Positions 44,214-53,955 of a stretch of 64,000 bases of DNA are shown one piece after another. The stretch is taken from the NCBI GenBank assembly GCA_041287245.1, contig JBEULP010000039.1, forward strand, positions 1 through 64,000. Reading direction: 5' to 3'. The position numbers and the translations under genes are program-made. How positions within the stretch are numbered: the first letter of the stretch is position 1; the number at the start of each line of letters is the position of its first letter. Below the pieces are notes generated by a model, which worked only from the letters and a program-made list of their open reading frames with translations, had not been told where the DNA came from and did not search any database. This DNA comes from Infirmifilum sp. (GTDB taxonomy: Archaea; Thermoproteota; Thermoprotei; Thermofilales; Thermofilaceae).

Positions 44214-44602
44214 GAGGATTCAACAAGCACGGCATTCACAACTCCATCTTGCCCGGGACGCGATGTGACGATAGCCTTGCCCGCCTCGGTTTGTATAATA
44301 GCTCCTCTTGTGATAACTCCTCTCCGAGCGAGGTTTCTATTAGAAGGATTATCAAGCACTCGCAATATCTTTGCCTTGACCGTCTTTTTCTGGCTAGTGA
44401 TATATACGTTGGCTTCCGCGGCAGCCTTTACACGTATTTTCCTTGTTCCTCCACGTGCCCTAATGATCTTCCTTTCACTCTTCTCGGAAACAACAGGGTT
44501 TAGTGGATACCTACCTGAGAAGTATTTTCGCTTAACCTTAACGTGTCTGCCTTTGAGACCTCCAGAGATTTTCTTCAAATCGTTGCCGTGATATACTCCC
44601 AT
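44210..44602 (-). CDS. rps8e: 30S ribosomal protein S8e
   Basis: RARGG, NPSN, ITRGAII, VTSRPGQDGVVN. Confidence 0.97.
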   Translation of the reverse strand: MGVYHGNDLKKISGGLKGRHVKVKRKYFSGRYPLNPVVSEKSERKIIRARGGTRKIRVKAAAEANVYITSQKKTVKAKILRVLDNPSNRNLARRGVITRGAIIQTEAGKAIVTSRPGQDGVVNAVLVESS

Positions 44603-44708
44603 ATTACTAGCCCGCGTCTTTTACTTTTAGTCCCCTTTTTTAGCTTTTCGCAGCTTTGACCGCGCGAAATCGTTATTTAGTTGTTTAAAATATTGTCTCG
44701 GGGCATGT

Positions 44709-45446
44709 ATGCGGATAATCGAGAAGGGAAAGCTTAAAATCATCCTGAATGAGGATTTAAAAGCCCGCTATCTTATAACTGGTTTTCACGGCATTGGACA
44801 TGTTGGCTGGATATCCGTTAGACACTTGGTCGAGAAAAACAACGCAGCTAGGGTAGGTCATATCATATCTCCATACATGCAGCCGTTTGTCTCAATACGA
44901 AAAGGCGTGAAAACGCCTTACGAGTTATATAAGGCTGGGGAAACTCTGTTTTTCCTCTCTAACATACCACTCAGTGCTCGCGACACAGCACCCTTAACCC
45001 TAGAGTTGGCGGAATTGTCGCTTGAGGTTGGTGTGGAAGAAGCCATTCTCTTCGGCGGTCTCGATAATAGGTTTAAGGAAGACGACAGCGTCCGCTTAGC
45101 TCCAACTTCCCAATACTTCTCTAGACATCAAGACCTGTTTAATAACGGTAGGTTTAAGCTCATAGACGAGGGATTAGGGGTCGTTGGACCACTGGCAATG
45201 CTTCTCTCTGTCTACGAGGCGCGGGAGATCCCAGCCGTGGCAATTCTACCCTATGCGGCGCCTGATAGGCCGGATCCCAAGGCTGCAGCTGATGCTCTTA
45301 GAACGTTTAACGAAATCTACGGATTTAACATACCTGTCGACGAGCTGATCGAAGAGGGCACATTGCTGGAGAAGGAACTAGAGGAAGTAGAAAAGAAGAT
45401 GAAACAGATGATTAGAGAGAAGGAACCCCCGGTTTATCACGTGTGA
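44709..45446 (+). CDS. PAC2-family proteasome assembly chaperone
   Basis: TGFHGIGHVG, GGL, GPLA, PDPKAA, C-terminal YHV. Confidence 0.88.
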   Translation: MRIIEKGKLKIILNEDLKARYLITGFHGIGHVGWISVRHLVEKNNAARVGHIISPYMQPFVSIRKGVKTPYELYKAGETLFFLSNIPLSARDTAPLTLELAELSLEVGVEEAILFGGLDNRFKEDDSVRLAPTSQYFSRHQDLFNNGRFKLIDEGLGVVGPLAMLLSVYEAREIPAVAILPYAAPDRPDPKAAADALRTFNEIYGFNIPVDELIEEGTLLEKELEEVEKKMKQMIREKEPPVYHV

Positions 45447-47073
45447 TCAGATCACGCGCAAGGGATACCGCGAGCTCGATTTTCTCCGCAGTTGTGTTAT
45501 GGTCTTCTAAGGCTCTAGAGTAGCCTGGTAGTTTCACCGTGAGGAGCAGAATATTTTCTTCTCTTAACCTTTCCCCCAGCTTTCTAATAAACGACCCATC
45601 CAAGGAATAATACACTAATACTGTCACAAGGTAGTTTTTGTTAATTATAAACCAAGCTATATCCTCCTTTATTTGATCAGATGCCTCCTCCATGACTAGC
45701 CTACTAGCCTCGTACTGTGAAAGCGGGTAGAGGCCATCGAGTTCTATAGGGATTACTGAGAAGGCTGGTGATAGTATTGCCACATCACAGTGATTAATAA
45801 GGTCCGGTTTATCGGACAGAATCTCTTTCACCAACCCGAAACGTGTGAAGGGTTTTTGAGGGGGTTCTTCGAATAAAAGGAGAACGGAGCTTCGACTCTT
45901 ATACCTACTCTTAAGCCTGTTAATATGCCTTATAACCTCGGGCCTGTACCTGCTCAGCCCGCTATAGAAGAAAACCCCTTGAGGGATCCACCTTGTAACA
46001 GGATGTGACTTGGCGATAAACTCCCCATATCTTATAAACGTTCTAAGAGCATCTGTAAGCGCAGGATGCCCCCTAGTCTTCTCTTCTATTATATCCCAGA
46101 GCCTTCCTTCATGGATAGCTTGTCTAATCCTTTTTAACTCCTGTTTTATCACATATAGGTTGTGAATAGCAATAAGCTCGACCCGCTCCTGCTTGGGCAT
46201 CTCGCGGAGTTCTCTAGCGGTATACTTTGAGCATATAGGACATGTACACGGCAGCTCTTCAACTTCGCTTAACCTAAGAGTTCCACGCGGAGTGATAAGC
46301 CTATCATTCCTCGCATATAAAACATAGGAGGCAGAGTCAAACAAATCAACACCCATAGCAACCCCTAGAGGCAGGATCAATGGGTGGCCCGCTCCGAAAA
46401 GGTGTAGGGGAGCCCCCCACGGAAGGTTCAATCTAGCAGTCATAGCAAGTTTCACAACCTCGGGGTAGTTGTATTCTTCCATGAATTGCGTAGGGCCGCC
46501 CACAGCGTAAATATCGGCGGGGATCTGTGCAGCCTGATTAGCAGAATATGCTACAAGACTGGTGTGGACGCCTCCTTGAATAGGAGCTACAAGGAGCATT
46601 CCCTTACGATCTAGCTCAACCGCCTCTCGCAACCGCCTCAGAGTCTCCTCAACCTCTTCACGCGCCTCTTCATATGGCGTTTCACGCCGCGTTGGAATGT
46701 CAAGGATAACTCCGATGTCTGATCCAATCTCTACCTGATAGGTAAAAATTTCGCGTGGATTAACATCTACTTTTCCGTAGACGAGAAGTTGATACGCGCC
46801 TGAGTCAGTGTAGACTGGGCCGTCGAAACCTAGTATGCCATGGACTGTAAGCTCTTTGGCTAACTCGCCATAATTTCTCTTGATAATATATGAGTTTGTA
46901 ATCACCATTGGAAAGCCGATCTCTCTTATCTTGGAGGCAGGAACTACCTGTTTTCCAGGGTTAATAACAGGAGTCAACGTAGGAGTCTCAACAACCCCCC
47001 TTCTAGTGTATAATCTTCCAGTTCTACCCAACAGGTCTACTTCCTCTACTTCAAAATTCTCGAACCATACCAC
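45412..47073 (-). CDS. tgtA: tRNA-guanine(15) transglycosylase (archaeosine pathway)
   Basis: ETPTLTPV, TNSY, TDSGAYQ, HLFGAGHP, DLFDSASY, CTCPIC, HNL. Confidence 0.95.
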   Translation of the reverse strand: MVWFENFEVEEVDLLGRTGRLYTRRGVVETPTLTPVINPGKQVVPASKIREIGFPMVITNSYIIKRNYGELAKELTVHGILGFDGPVYTDSGAYQLLVYGKVDVNPREIFTYQVEIGSDIGVILDIPTRRETPYEEAREEVEETLRRLREAVELDRKGMLLVAPIQGGVHTSLVAYSANQAAQIPADIYAVGGPTQFMEEYNYPEVVKLAMTARLNLPWGAPLHLFGAGHPLILPLGVAMGVDLFDSASYVLYARNDRLITPRGTLRLSEVEELPCTCPICSKYTARELREMPKQERVELIAIHNLYVIKQELKRIRQAIHEGRLWDIIEEKTRGHPALTDALRTFIRYGEFIAKSHPVTRWIPQGVFFYSGLSRYRPEVIRHINRLKSRYKSRSSVLLLFEEPPQKPFTRFGLVKEILSDKPDLINHCDVAILSPAFSVIPIELDGLYPLSQYEASRLVMEEASDQIKEDIAWFIINKNYLVTVLVYYSLDGSFIRKLGERLREENILLLTVKLPGYSRALEDHNTTAEKIELAVSLARDLITRDKPGVPSL

Positions 47074-47107
47074 ATCTTTCGCGAGTTCGTAAGGGAAATA
47101 AATGTTT

Positions 47108-47215
47108 TTATTCTTTTAACTGTGCCATTAGGAGCTGCAGCTCCACTATCAACTGGTAGATCTTGCCTCTAAGCTCCTCCTCCCTAGCTGTGCCGGCCCA
47201 AGCGGCAAAAACCAC
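47108..47215 (-). CDS. Putative 35-aa helical micro-protein, paralog of 224..325
   Basis: GTG start; MVFAAWAGTAREEELRGKIYQLIVELQLLMAQLKE. Confidence 0.45.
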   Translation of the reverse strand: MVFAAWAGTAREEELRGKIYQLIVELQLLMAQLKE

Positions 47216-47260
47216 ATAAAACTTATTATAGCTCGCGGTAAAGAATGAGGCAGAGTATAA

Positions 47261-47614
47261 ATGAAGGGAAGAATCAAGGCTATGGAAGCACTATCATATG
47301 CTGATGTTACAAGATTTCGAATTGAATTAGAAGGGGGAGTCCTGGAAGTGGAGATTCCACTCAAGCTTCTCCAAGATGTAGGTGTAAACCCCGAGGTTGG
47401 AACTAAAGTGGAAGTTGAGCTGTCGGCTAAACCTGAAGAATTAGAACCTTGGCAAATCGTGTTGGCCGGGGAAGTCTACTTAAAACAAGAAGCCCAGGGA
47501 ACTCTCTATGCTTCAGCTGGGGGTCTACAGATAGTTATGCCAACTAAGATATTAACGGATAATATCGATGTAGGGGGCAAGGTTTACCTAAAGCTCAGGT
47601 TCGAACAGCACTAG
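47261..47614 (+). CDS. rpoG: RNA polymerase subunit G (Rpo8/Rpb8 homolog)
   Basis: All-beta OB pattern with GEVY...YASAGGL Rpb8-type signature. Confidence 0.7.
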   Translation: MKGRIKAMEALSYADVTRFRIELEGGVLEVEIPLKLLQDVGVNPEVGTKVEVELSAKPEELEPWQIVLAGEVYLKQEAQGTLYASAGGLQIVMPTKILTDNIDVGGKVYLKLRFEQH

Positions 47615-47658
47615 CGCTAGCTTTTTAGACTTTCATTAGCTATTTTATACGCAGATTT

Positions 47659-47943
47659 ATGGTCGACATGGGGATACTAGAGGAGATACTGGAGTGGACT
47701 CGAAGGAATAATGCTGTTATTGACATAAGCTTTAGGGACTGCAGCTACAGGCTGCGCATAGATAAGATGTTTCGAGCCATAGATCGTGGCGGGAATCTGG
47801 TTTCGTGGTCAAAAGCATTTGGCACCAAGAGACCCCCAGACCTATTCAATACATTTGTTTTAGAGAAAATAACCCTGCGCGTTGGGGATAAGGAAGAAAG
47901 CTTCCAGAGTCTCCAGGCCTTAACCCGGAAAATTAAAGGTTAG
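47659..47943 (+). CDS. Hypothetical protein
   Basis: 94-aa ORF between rpoG and the histone; no recognised motif. Confidence 0.6.
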   Translation: MVDMGILEEILEWTRRNNAVIDISFRDCSYRLRIDKMFRAIDRGGNLVSWSKAFGTKRPPDLFNTFVLEKITLRVGDKEESFQSLQALTRKIKG

Positions 47944-48193
47944 AGCTAAGTTGCGTGCAGATTATTCGTTGTAATCTACTTATAGCAAACTTGACGTCCT
48001 CCTCGCTAACCGTCTTTCTTGCAGCGTGTTTGGAGGCGTCTACCGCCTCACGTGCTATCTCCCTGGCAATTTTCTCTAAGAAATCTCGGAGTAATATGAC
48101 AGCGTCCTCGCTTACTCTCTCAGCCCCCTGCTGGTGAAGAATCCTGTCGATTGGTGCCAAAGGTATCTCGAATTCTTTTTTCTTTACAGGCAT
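47933..48193 (-). CDS. Archaeal histone
   Basis: IPLAPIDRIL...GAERVSEDA...HAARKTVSEEDV histone-fold signature. Confidence 0.95.
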   Translation of the reverse strand: MPVKKKEFEIPLAPIDRILHQQGAERVSEDAVILLRDFLEKIAREIAREAVDASKHAARKTVSEEDVKFAISRLQRIICTQLSSNL

Positions 48194-48344
48194 AATATAT
48201 TCCTAGCTGATATATTACAAACACGTATTAAAATCTTTTTTCTCTGTTGCGTTTCAAAGAGATTCTATACCTGTTTCGCATGTGTCCATTGGCTAGCAAA
48301 AATCTATTTAAGGCAGTTGTATACGAGGAAGCTGGGATTATAAC

Positions 48345-48614
48345 ATGGGGAATGTTAGAACGAAGCTGGTGAAGAGAACTGCAAAAATGCTTGCAGAAAA
48401 GTTTTCCGACTATTTCACAGCCGATTTCGACGTAAATAAGAAAAAAATAACTGAGCTCGCAGACGTTCCATCAAAACGCCTGCGCAACCAGATCGCAGGG
48501 TACGTTACACGCCAGATAAAACGCAAGAAAATGATTGAAGCCCAACTGAGCTTGAGACAAGAAATAACCACAACAGACGAGGAGGAATATATTCGGCAGA
48601 TCGAGGGAGTCTAA
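48345..48614 (+). CDS. rps17e: 30S ribosomal protein S17e
   Basis: MGNVRTKLVKR, SKRLRNQIAGYVT. Confidence 0.97.
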   Translation: MGNVRTKLVKRTAKMLAEKFSDYFTADFDVNKKKITELADVPSKRLRNQIAGYVTRQIKRKKMIEAQLSLRQEITTTDEEEYIRQIEGV

Positions 48615-48665
48615 TCTCAACGTGTGCGAAATATTTTATAAGGTTTCCCACACTTTTACATCTGA

Positions 48666-48768
48666 GCGGGGGTGCCCGAGCTAGGACAAAGGGGGCGGAC
48701 TTAGGATCTAATAAGGATAAGAGCTCCGCTGGCGTCGGCCTGCCCGGGTTCGAATCCCGGCCCCCGCA
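48666..48768 (+). tRNA. tRNA-Leu(TAG) with 18-nt intron at 37/38 (48706-48723)
   Basis: Class II cloverleaf; BHB CTTA-gg^a-TC...GA-TAAG-ag^c. Confidence 0.95.
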
Positions 48769-48940
48769 CTAACGTTGGAGGTCAACCATAGTTTAACCTA
48801 GAAGCTTTTTCACGTGATCTAGCTTCGCGCGCAGGAGCTTTCACTCCTTCATATAATCCCCATCATAAATTGTTGGGCGCGCGAAAATCCCGGGGAAATA
48901 TTTAAATTACCTTCCAGGTCTATCTCACTGGGTTGGTTGG

Positions 48941-49246
48941 ATGAGACACTCTCACGGGTATAGAAGCCGCGGTAGAAAAGTGTTTAGGAATCTGCCCAGG
49001 TTTCGAGGATACAGAGGATTAAGCAGGCTTATGCACGAGTACAAGGTAGGAGACCTTGTTATCATTGATGCTAACCCAACGTTTATTGAAACCGCGCCTC
49101 ACAGGAGATATCATGGAAGGGTTGGGAAGATAGTGGAGCAGAGGGGTAGGGCATACGTTATCGAGATACGAGTCGGAGGTAAAATCAAAAAGATTATCAC
49201 GACACCCGAGCACATAGTTCCTCACCAACAGATTTCACTGTCGTAG
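48941..49246 (+). CDS. rpl21e: 50S ribosomal protein L21e
   Basis: SHGYR, PHRRYHGRVG, RGRAY, PEH. Confidence 0.96.
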   Translation: MRHSHGYRSRGRKVFRNLPRFRGYRGLSRLMHEYKVGDLVIIDANPTFIETAPHRRYHGRVGKIVEQRGRAYVIEIRVGGKIKKIITTPEHIVPHQQISLS

Positions 49247-49266
49247 AAACCCGCCGGCGCGAAGTG

Positions 49267-50559
49267 CTAGTCGATGTCTAAGACATCCAGCTCTATTGTC
49301 TCAACGCTTTTTCCTAGGATGCTGGAGATGCTTGGATTTGTTCGGCCATTGTCTCCATGAATAAACTCCTTTATATAAAATCCGCCCTGTGCTTCAATTA
49401 TTAACTCAACTTCCCTCTCTGATACTCGCTTAGCCTCAACTCTATAAACAGTTTTATGTCTCAGTCTGTCAGCCCTACGGTGTAACACCCTTATAGGAGT
49501 CTTCTGCTCAACGGTGACACCTTTAAACGTGCTGTTTATCTTCTCGATGTCCTCATCCGAGATGGGTTGCGAGAAAACCACCCTAGCTTTATACGTTTTT
49601 CGCGCAATCTCAGCTAAACTTTTCAGGGTTTTTATGCTCTTACGGTCACAGTACTGAAGGTTTATAACTTCAACCAAGCCGGCTGCCCGCGTGTTGATTA
49701 TTTTCTCGAGCTCGTCTAGCACGATTTTACGCTTTTTTGGTCTTCTAAGCTCAAGTACGAACGGTCTACCCTTTCCGAGAGTTCTGACGTCGATGTCTTC
49801 GCGTCCTCCTGCGTGGAATTTCGCGTCATAGGCTTCGAACAGCTCAACAGCTGGCCTCGCGATAAGCTCTTCAATGGAAGTGCTATACTTTATTCTTTCA
49901 TCTGTGTAAGGCCAGGGGTTCTGGGGAAGACCCCTCACAAGCTTCCTATACCTCCCACAAATAAACACGGGCTGTGGAATAATCTCTATCCTATTGTTTT
50001 CGAGGTCAAGTATAACAAGCATATCAGGGTTGTCTGCTTTATACTCTTTTCCAGTAATCTTGGAGAATATCTTTCCAACCTCTCTGCTTATTTCATTCTT
50101 TAGGGACTCAGCATCCCTCAGCCCGAAGCGGCGCCACACTTCCTCCTCCTTTCTTAGTATTTCATAGGGTAGTCTAATCCCAAACTGGAAAGTGTTAAAC
50201 TCGTAACTTGATGCAAGCTGGGCAGAGCTAGACGCTAGCTCCGCGTATTTTGCGGTTAAACCTCCACATATATAGCAAGTCTCAGAGCTCGTCGTCGCCC
50301 TTCCAAGTCCTAGGAGGACAGTGCGGGCAGGCTCATACCCACTGGCACTTAAAGCTTGGAGAAGCTGCTCGTCGAACTCTCGGGGCGTACTTTTAAACGC
50401 TTCAAGGAAAAGTACTGTCTTAATAGCTTTCCCTCGCTCAGCATTGCTCAAACCGTATCCTCTTAAACCGAAGAGACGTCCTAGACACGCGTCACAAAGG
50501 ATGTAACCGCTCTCGAGAACCTCCTTTGAAAGCTCCACAATCATACTAACCAGCACCAA
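49267..50559 (-). CDS. pus10: tRNA pseudouridine(54/55) synthase Pus10
   Basis: LCDACLGR, GRYRK, FHAGGREDIDVR, QKTPIRV, GGFYIKE, GRTNPS. Confidence 0.95.
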   Translation of the reverse strand: MVLVSMIVELSKEVLESGYILCDACLGRLFGLRGYGLSNAERGKAIKTVLFLEAFKSTPREFDEQLLQALSASGYEPARTVLLGLGRATTSSETCYICGGLTAKYAELASSSAQLASSYEFNTFQFGIRLPYEILRKEEEVWRRFGLRDAESLKNEISREVGKIFSKITGKEYKADNPDMLVILDLENNRIEIIPQPVFICGRYRKLVRGLPQNPWPYTDERIKYSTSIEELIARPAVELFEAYDAKFHAGGREDIDVRTLGKGRPFVLELRRPKKRKIVLDELEKIINTRAAGLVEVINLQYCDRKSIKTLKSLAEIARKTYKARVVFSQPISDEDIEKINSTFKGVTVEQKTPIRVLHRRADRLRHKTVYRVEAKRVSEREVELIIEAQGGFYIKEFIHGDNGRTNPSISSILGKSVETIELDVLDID

Positions 50560-50573
50560 GTTTTCACGAGCTT

Positions 50574-51212
50574 TTAAAAACTCTGCCTAAACCTTTCTCT
50601 TCCTCTATCATAACCCGGTGAAAAACGCGGGGAGGGGCCGAACGGGGGGTTTACAAAGAGATAATGTATTTGTGGCTCGCTAAGCTCTTCCAGTATCCTG
50701 TTAACAATTAGCTCTACCGGCTTAATCCCCGTTCTCTTCTCTATCTCCTCGAAGGACTCGAAAGGCTTCTTACTCCTCTCTTCCAGGATTTTCCACAAGG
50801 TTTTCTTTCCAATACCTTTGAGGAGCTCTAGCTCGTGGGCTTTTTTAGATAAGGGCTGTGCCTTGTTAAAAAACTCTACGAATTTTTTCTCACGAGTTAC
50901 CACGATATTCGTAACAATGTCTCTCAAAATCGACTTTGCGTTCCCCGTTAAATCTTCGTACCTGATAACTCTTAGGAACTGTACAAGCCCCGACTCAACC
51001 CCCGCGGTCAAGTCTGTCTTCTCACCCACCAGAAACTGAGATAATACGTTTTCCTTAGGTCTCAACTCTAAGAGTAAGAGCTTCTCTTCTCCAATCCCCT
51101 GGATAAGAGGATGAGTAATGTGGCGAATAGGGTCACCGTAGGGAGACACATCCAACACATAGATAACCATCTCAGGAGGCTTAGAAAATCTACGGAAATC
51201 TCGCCTCGACAT
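50574..51212 (-). CDS. DUF655 nucleic-acid-binding protein
   Basis: QGIGE..LLLLE, FVEFFNKAQPL, LELLKGIGKK (HhH). Confidence 0.9.
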   Translation of the reverse strand: MSRRDFRRFSKPPEMVIYVLDVSPYGDPIRHITHPLIQGIGEEKLLLLELRPKENVLSQFLVGEKTDLTAGVESGLVQFLRVIRYEDLTGNAKSILRDIVTNIVVTREKKFVEFFNKAQPLSKKAHELELLKGIGKKTLWKILEERSKKPFESFEEIEKRTGIKPVELIVNRILEELSEPQIHYLFVNPPFGPSPRFSPGYDRGRERFRQSF

Positions 51213-51240
51213 TAATTAACACCAGTCAACCTACGAGAAA

Positions 51241-51582
51241 CTATTCACTGCTCACTACATCTATGATTTTTCTGTAATCCTCGTCAGAAAATACCTTGTT
51301 CAAGGGTAAGAGGATAAGGCGTACCTCCGCCGGATCCTGGGGCTTCACATTTACAAGTTGCACAGCAGTATCTTCAGGCAGATCAAACTCCTTCATAAGT
51401 CTCTCAACAATAGCTCTTGCGCGAGCCGGATCCTGGATCTTAGCAAACTTCCTCGCATATTCCAGCGTGTACCTCTCAATACCTGAAAGCTCCCTGCTTT
51501 TCTCAATCGTTTCCAGAGTCTCTCGAAGCTCCGCAATAGTTAAGCTTTTCTCACCGAGGATCTTTGGCAATGTTAATAGCAC
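51241..51582 (-). CDS. rpoF: RNA polymerase subunit F (Rpo4)
   Basis: TLEYARKFAK, AVQLVNVKP..AEVR; adjacent to DUF655. Confidence 0.9.
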   Translation of the reverse strand: MLLTLPKILGEKSLTIAELRETLETIEKSRELSGIERYTLEYARKFAKIQDPARARAIVERLMKEFDLPEDTAVQLVNVKPQDPAEVRLILLPLNKVFSDEDYRKIIDVVSSE

Positions 51583-51776
51583 CTATTTTTCTCTTTTTAA
51601 AACCAATTAATAACTTTTTGCCCCACCTCCCTCTAACTTTTCCCGCACAACCACGAACAAAACTTAGATATATCACTAGAAATCAACGAAGCTCATTAAT
51701 GCCTTATGGACAAATACGCCTTGAATCTCACTAAAGGTTTATAACCCCCAATCCTCTTTCTATTCACATTAACCGT

Positions 51777-51901
51777 GCCGGGGTAGCTCAGCCAGGTGGA
51801 GCGCCCGGCTGTTAACCGGGCACACGCCGCGTTCGCGCGGCGTGCTGGACGGTCCCGGGTTCGAATCGCGTAGTATACGCGCGAAAGTCCCGGCCCCGGC
51901 G
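51777..51901 (+). tRNA. tRNA-Asn(GTT) with two non-canonical introns (44/45: 51822-51850; 59/60: 51866-51887)
   Basis: BHB1 CCGG-gc^a-[9-bp hairpin]-CTGG-ac^g; BHB2 TTCG-aa^t-CGCGTA..TACGCG-CGAA-ag^t; removal gives a standard cloverleaf. Confidence 0.95.
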
Positions 51902-52032
51902 CTACTTTTACTTCTATGGATCACCCAGGGGCGGGGGTCTGTAGGTTTGATTTAATATCATCGTAATACCGTTGTCCTGTTTGCGATTGTATTTGAAGCT
52001 TAATTTTGTCTGCTTGTCAGAATGATAGATGA

Positions 52033-53940
52033 ATGTGCATGAGAAGGGTAGTTGTATCCATCATGGTAGTATTGTTGGTAGCTAGCCTATTAGCAACCCT
52101 CTACGCGGAACAATCAAGCGTAATATTTTTCGCTAGAGTGGACTATCTCCTCAGAACTGAGGAGAACGTCGAGCTGGACTTTGGGAGCAAGAGCGTTATA
52201 ACGCTTTCAAGTTATGCTGCTCCTCCAGGTTTTGTCCTCGACTCCTTTACGGTTGTATTTGATGGAAATGTACCTTCACAGCTTGTTCCTATCATGTACG
52301 ACAAGGTTAGCAAGAACATGGATGTTTTGACTTCAGTTACTTCGTATGGAGGGGAAATCTCGATTGGCAGTAACGGCTATAATGGAACTGTAAAGGCCAG
52401 AGTGATAACAGTTTTCCGGAAAACCGTCTGGGTTCCGCTCCAAGAGAATATCACTATAGACACAGGAGAGTTCAAGGATACAGGACTCAAACTCGTCGTT
52501 AGGGTCACGATAGACAATTATGCCCCATATGCTGTTAAGTCAGTAATCGATCCTTCGGGCAACGAGCTTACTAATGTGGACAACCAGGCAATACTGCCTC
52601 CAGGGGCTTTTAAGGTCGACCCCAAGCATGTAGAAATAGAGGCGTCGTCAATCGGCTTCGGAAAGTACACCATAAGCTTCGCGGTGGGAGACGAGCAAAA
52701 GCTTCCGAATAGCTTCCTTGTAGTGGAGGACCGCTACACGGAAATCACAATACCGGCAAAAACTACAAAGAACTTTATGCTTAAAAGCAAGGCTGGGTGG
52801 AATACCCTTGGCTTCATAGTTGTGCTTTACTCAGTGACTCCAGGTCCCCTCTCCAAGAACGTTAAGGTGCAGGGTGGACTTGTTGATCTTGCCTTCGAGA
52901 GGGCAGAACAGTTTGAGGTCAGAGGAGCCTCCCTCTTGATTCCTCCTCTCCTCATGAACTACTGGATAAAGGCATTCCTTGTATATGGGAGTACAGCCAC
53001 GGTAGTCAACGGTGAAGGCCACGATATTCAGGGAATTATAATTCCTGTATACTACAAGGAAATCGGTTCGTGGACTCCAAAAGGATTAATAGCGACAATA
53101 TCCAAGAAAGACGTTGCCGATGCATACGCAGCTTATCTAGTGGTTCAGGTACCCTCTATCGCTACGATAACTTCGATCACAGTTCCAGGCGGTGTTAAGC
53201 TTGAGGGTGTCGAGAACTACACTTCAAGCTGGCTTGGAACCTGGCGTAGCGCTGTCATTGAAAGGAATGAGGCAACTGTACAGGTAAAGAACGGTGACAG
53301 TATAGAAGAAGGGGACTATATCTTCGCTATATCATGGAAGCCGATAAACATAGTGTTTAACGACCCCAAGGGCAACCCAGTGCCGGGCGTCCAAGTATCA
53401 GTTACTGGACCCCAGAACATCGGGACGGTAAGCGGTGTAGATGGAAAGGCGGTCATCAATGTGTATACCCCCGGCGTATACACTGTAAAAGCTACCTTCA
53501 AGGGAGTAGTTGTTAGCGCCTTCACGATAGGAACATTACGGGATACAGACTTCAACGTCGAGTGCAAAGTGTACAAGCTGACCGTAAACGCCAAGACCGC
53601 GATAGGCTCTCCATTAGGTGGTGCCTCCGTCACTATTACTAATGGAAACTATACCCAGACCTTGGAAACAGACTCGACAGGCACTGCCGTGTTTACACAG
53701 CTACCTTCAGACACCTACACAGTTACCGTACAATACAAGAGGATATCCACATCCACTAAGGTTACCCTCGACGGTGACAAGAGCATAGACGTTAACACTG
53801 GGATATTGTTTGACCTTCCATTCATAGGTCCGGTAACTACTGTTGAGGTAGCGGCGGTCTCTGCGGCAGCTGCAGTTACTTCGGCACTGTTCTTCAGACC
53901 AAGGAAGGAGGAGGACGTGGCAGAGATAGAGATCAGCTGA
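52033..53940 (+). CDS. Secreted, C-terminally anchored beta-rich surface protein with two carboxypeptidase-regulatory-like (Ig-like) repeats
   Basis: Signal peptide; GNPVPGVQVSV..G.A...PGVYTV and GSPLGGASVTI..TDSTG.A...PSDTYTV repeats; hydrophobic anchor followed by RPRK; several NxT sequons. Confidence 0.85.
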   Translation: MCMRRVVVSIMVVLLVASLLATLYAEQSSVIFFARVDYLLRTEENVELDFGSKSVITLSSYAAPPGFVLDSFTVVFDGNVPSQLVPIMYDKVSKNMDVLTSVTSYGGEISIGSNGYNGTVKARVITVFRKTVWVPLQENITIDTGEFKDTGLKLVVRVTIDNYAPYAVKSVIDPSGNELTNVDNQAILPPGAFKVDPKHVEIEASSIGFGKYTISFAVGDEQKLPNSFLVVEDRYTEITIPAKTTKNFMLKSKAGWNTLGFIVVLYSVTPGPLSKNVKVQGGLVDLAFERAEQFEVRGASLLIPPLLMNYWIKAFLVYGSTATVVNGEGHDIQGIIIPVYYKEIGSWTPKGLIATISKKDVADAYAAYLVVQVPSIATITSITVPGGVKLEGVENYTSSWLGTWRSAVIERNEATVQVKNGDSIEEGDYIFAISWKPINIVFNDPKGNPVPGVQVSVTGPQNIGTVSGVDGKAVINVYTPGVYTVKATFKGVVVSAFTIGTLRDTDFNVECKVYKLTVNAKTAIGSPLGGASVTITNGNYTQTLETDSTGTAVFTQLPSDTYTVTVQYKRISTSTKVTLDGDKSIDVNTGILFDLPFIGPVTTVEVAAVSAAAAVTSALFFRPRKEEDVAEIEIS

Positions 53941-53955
53941 CGGCCGGAGAATAAA

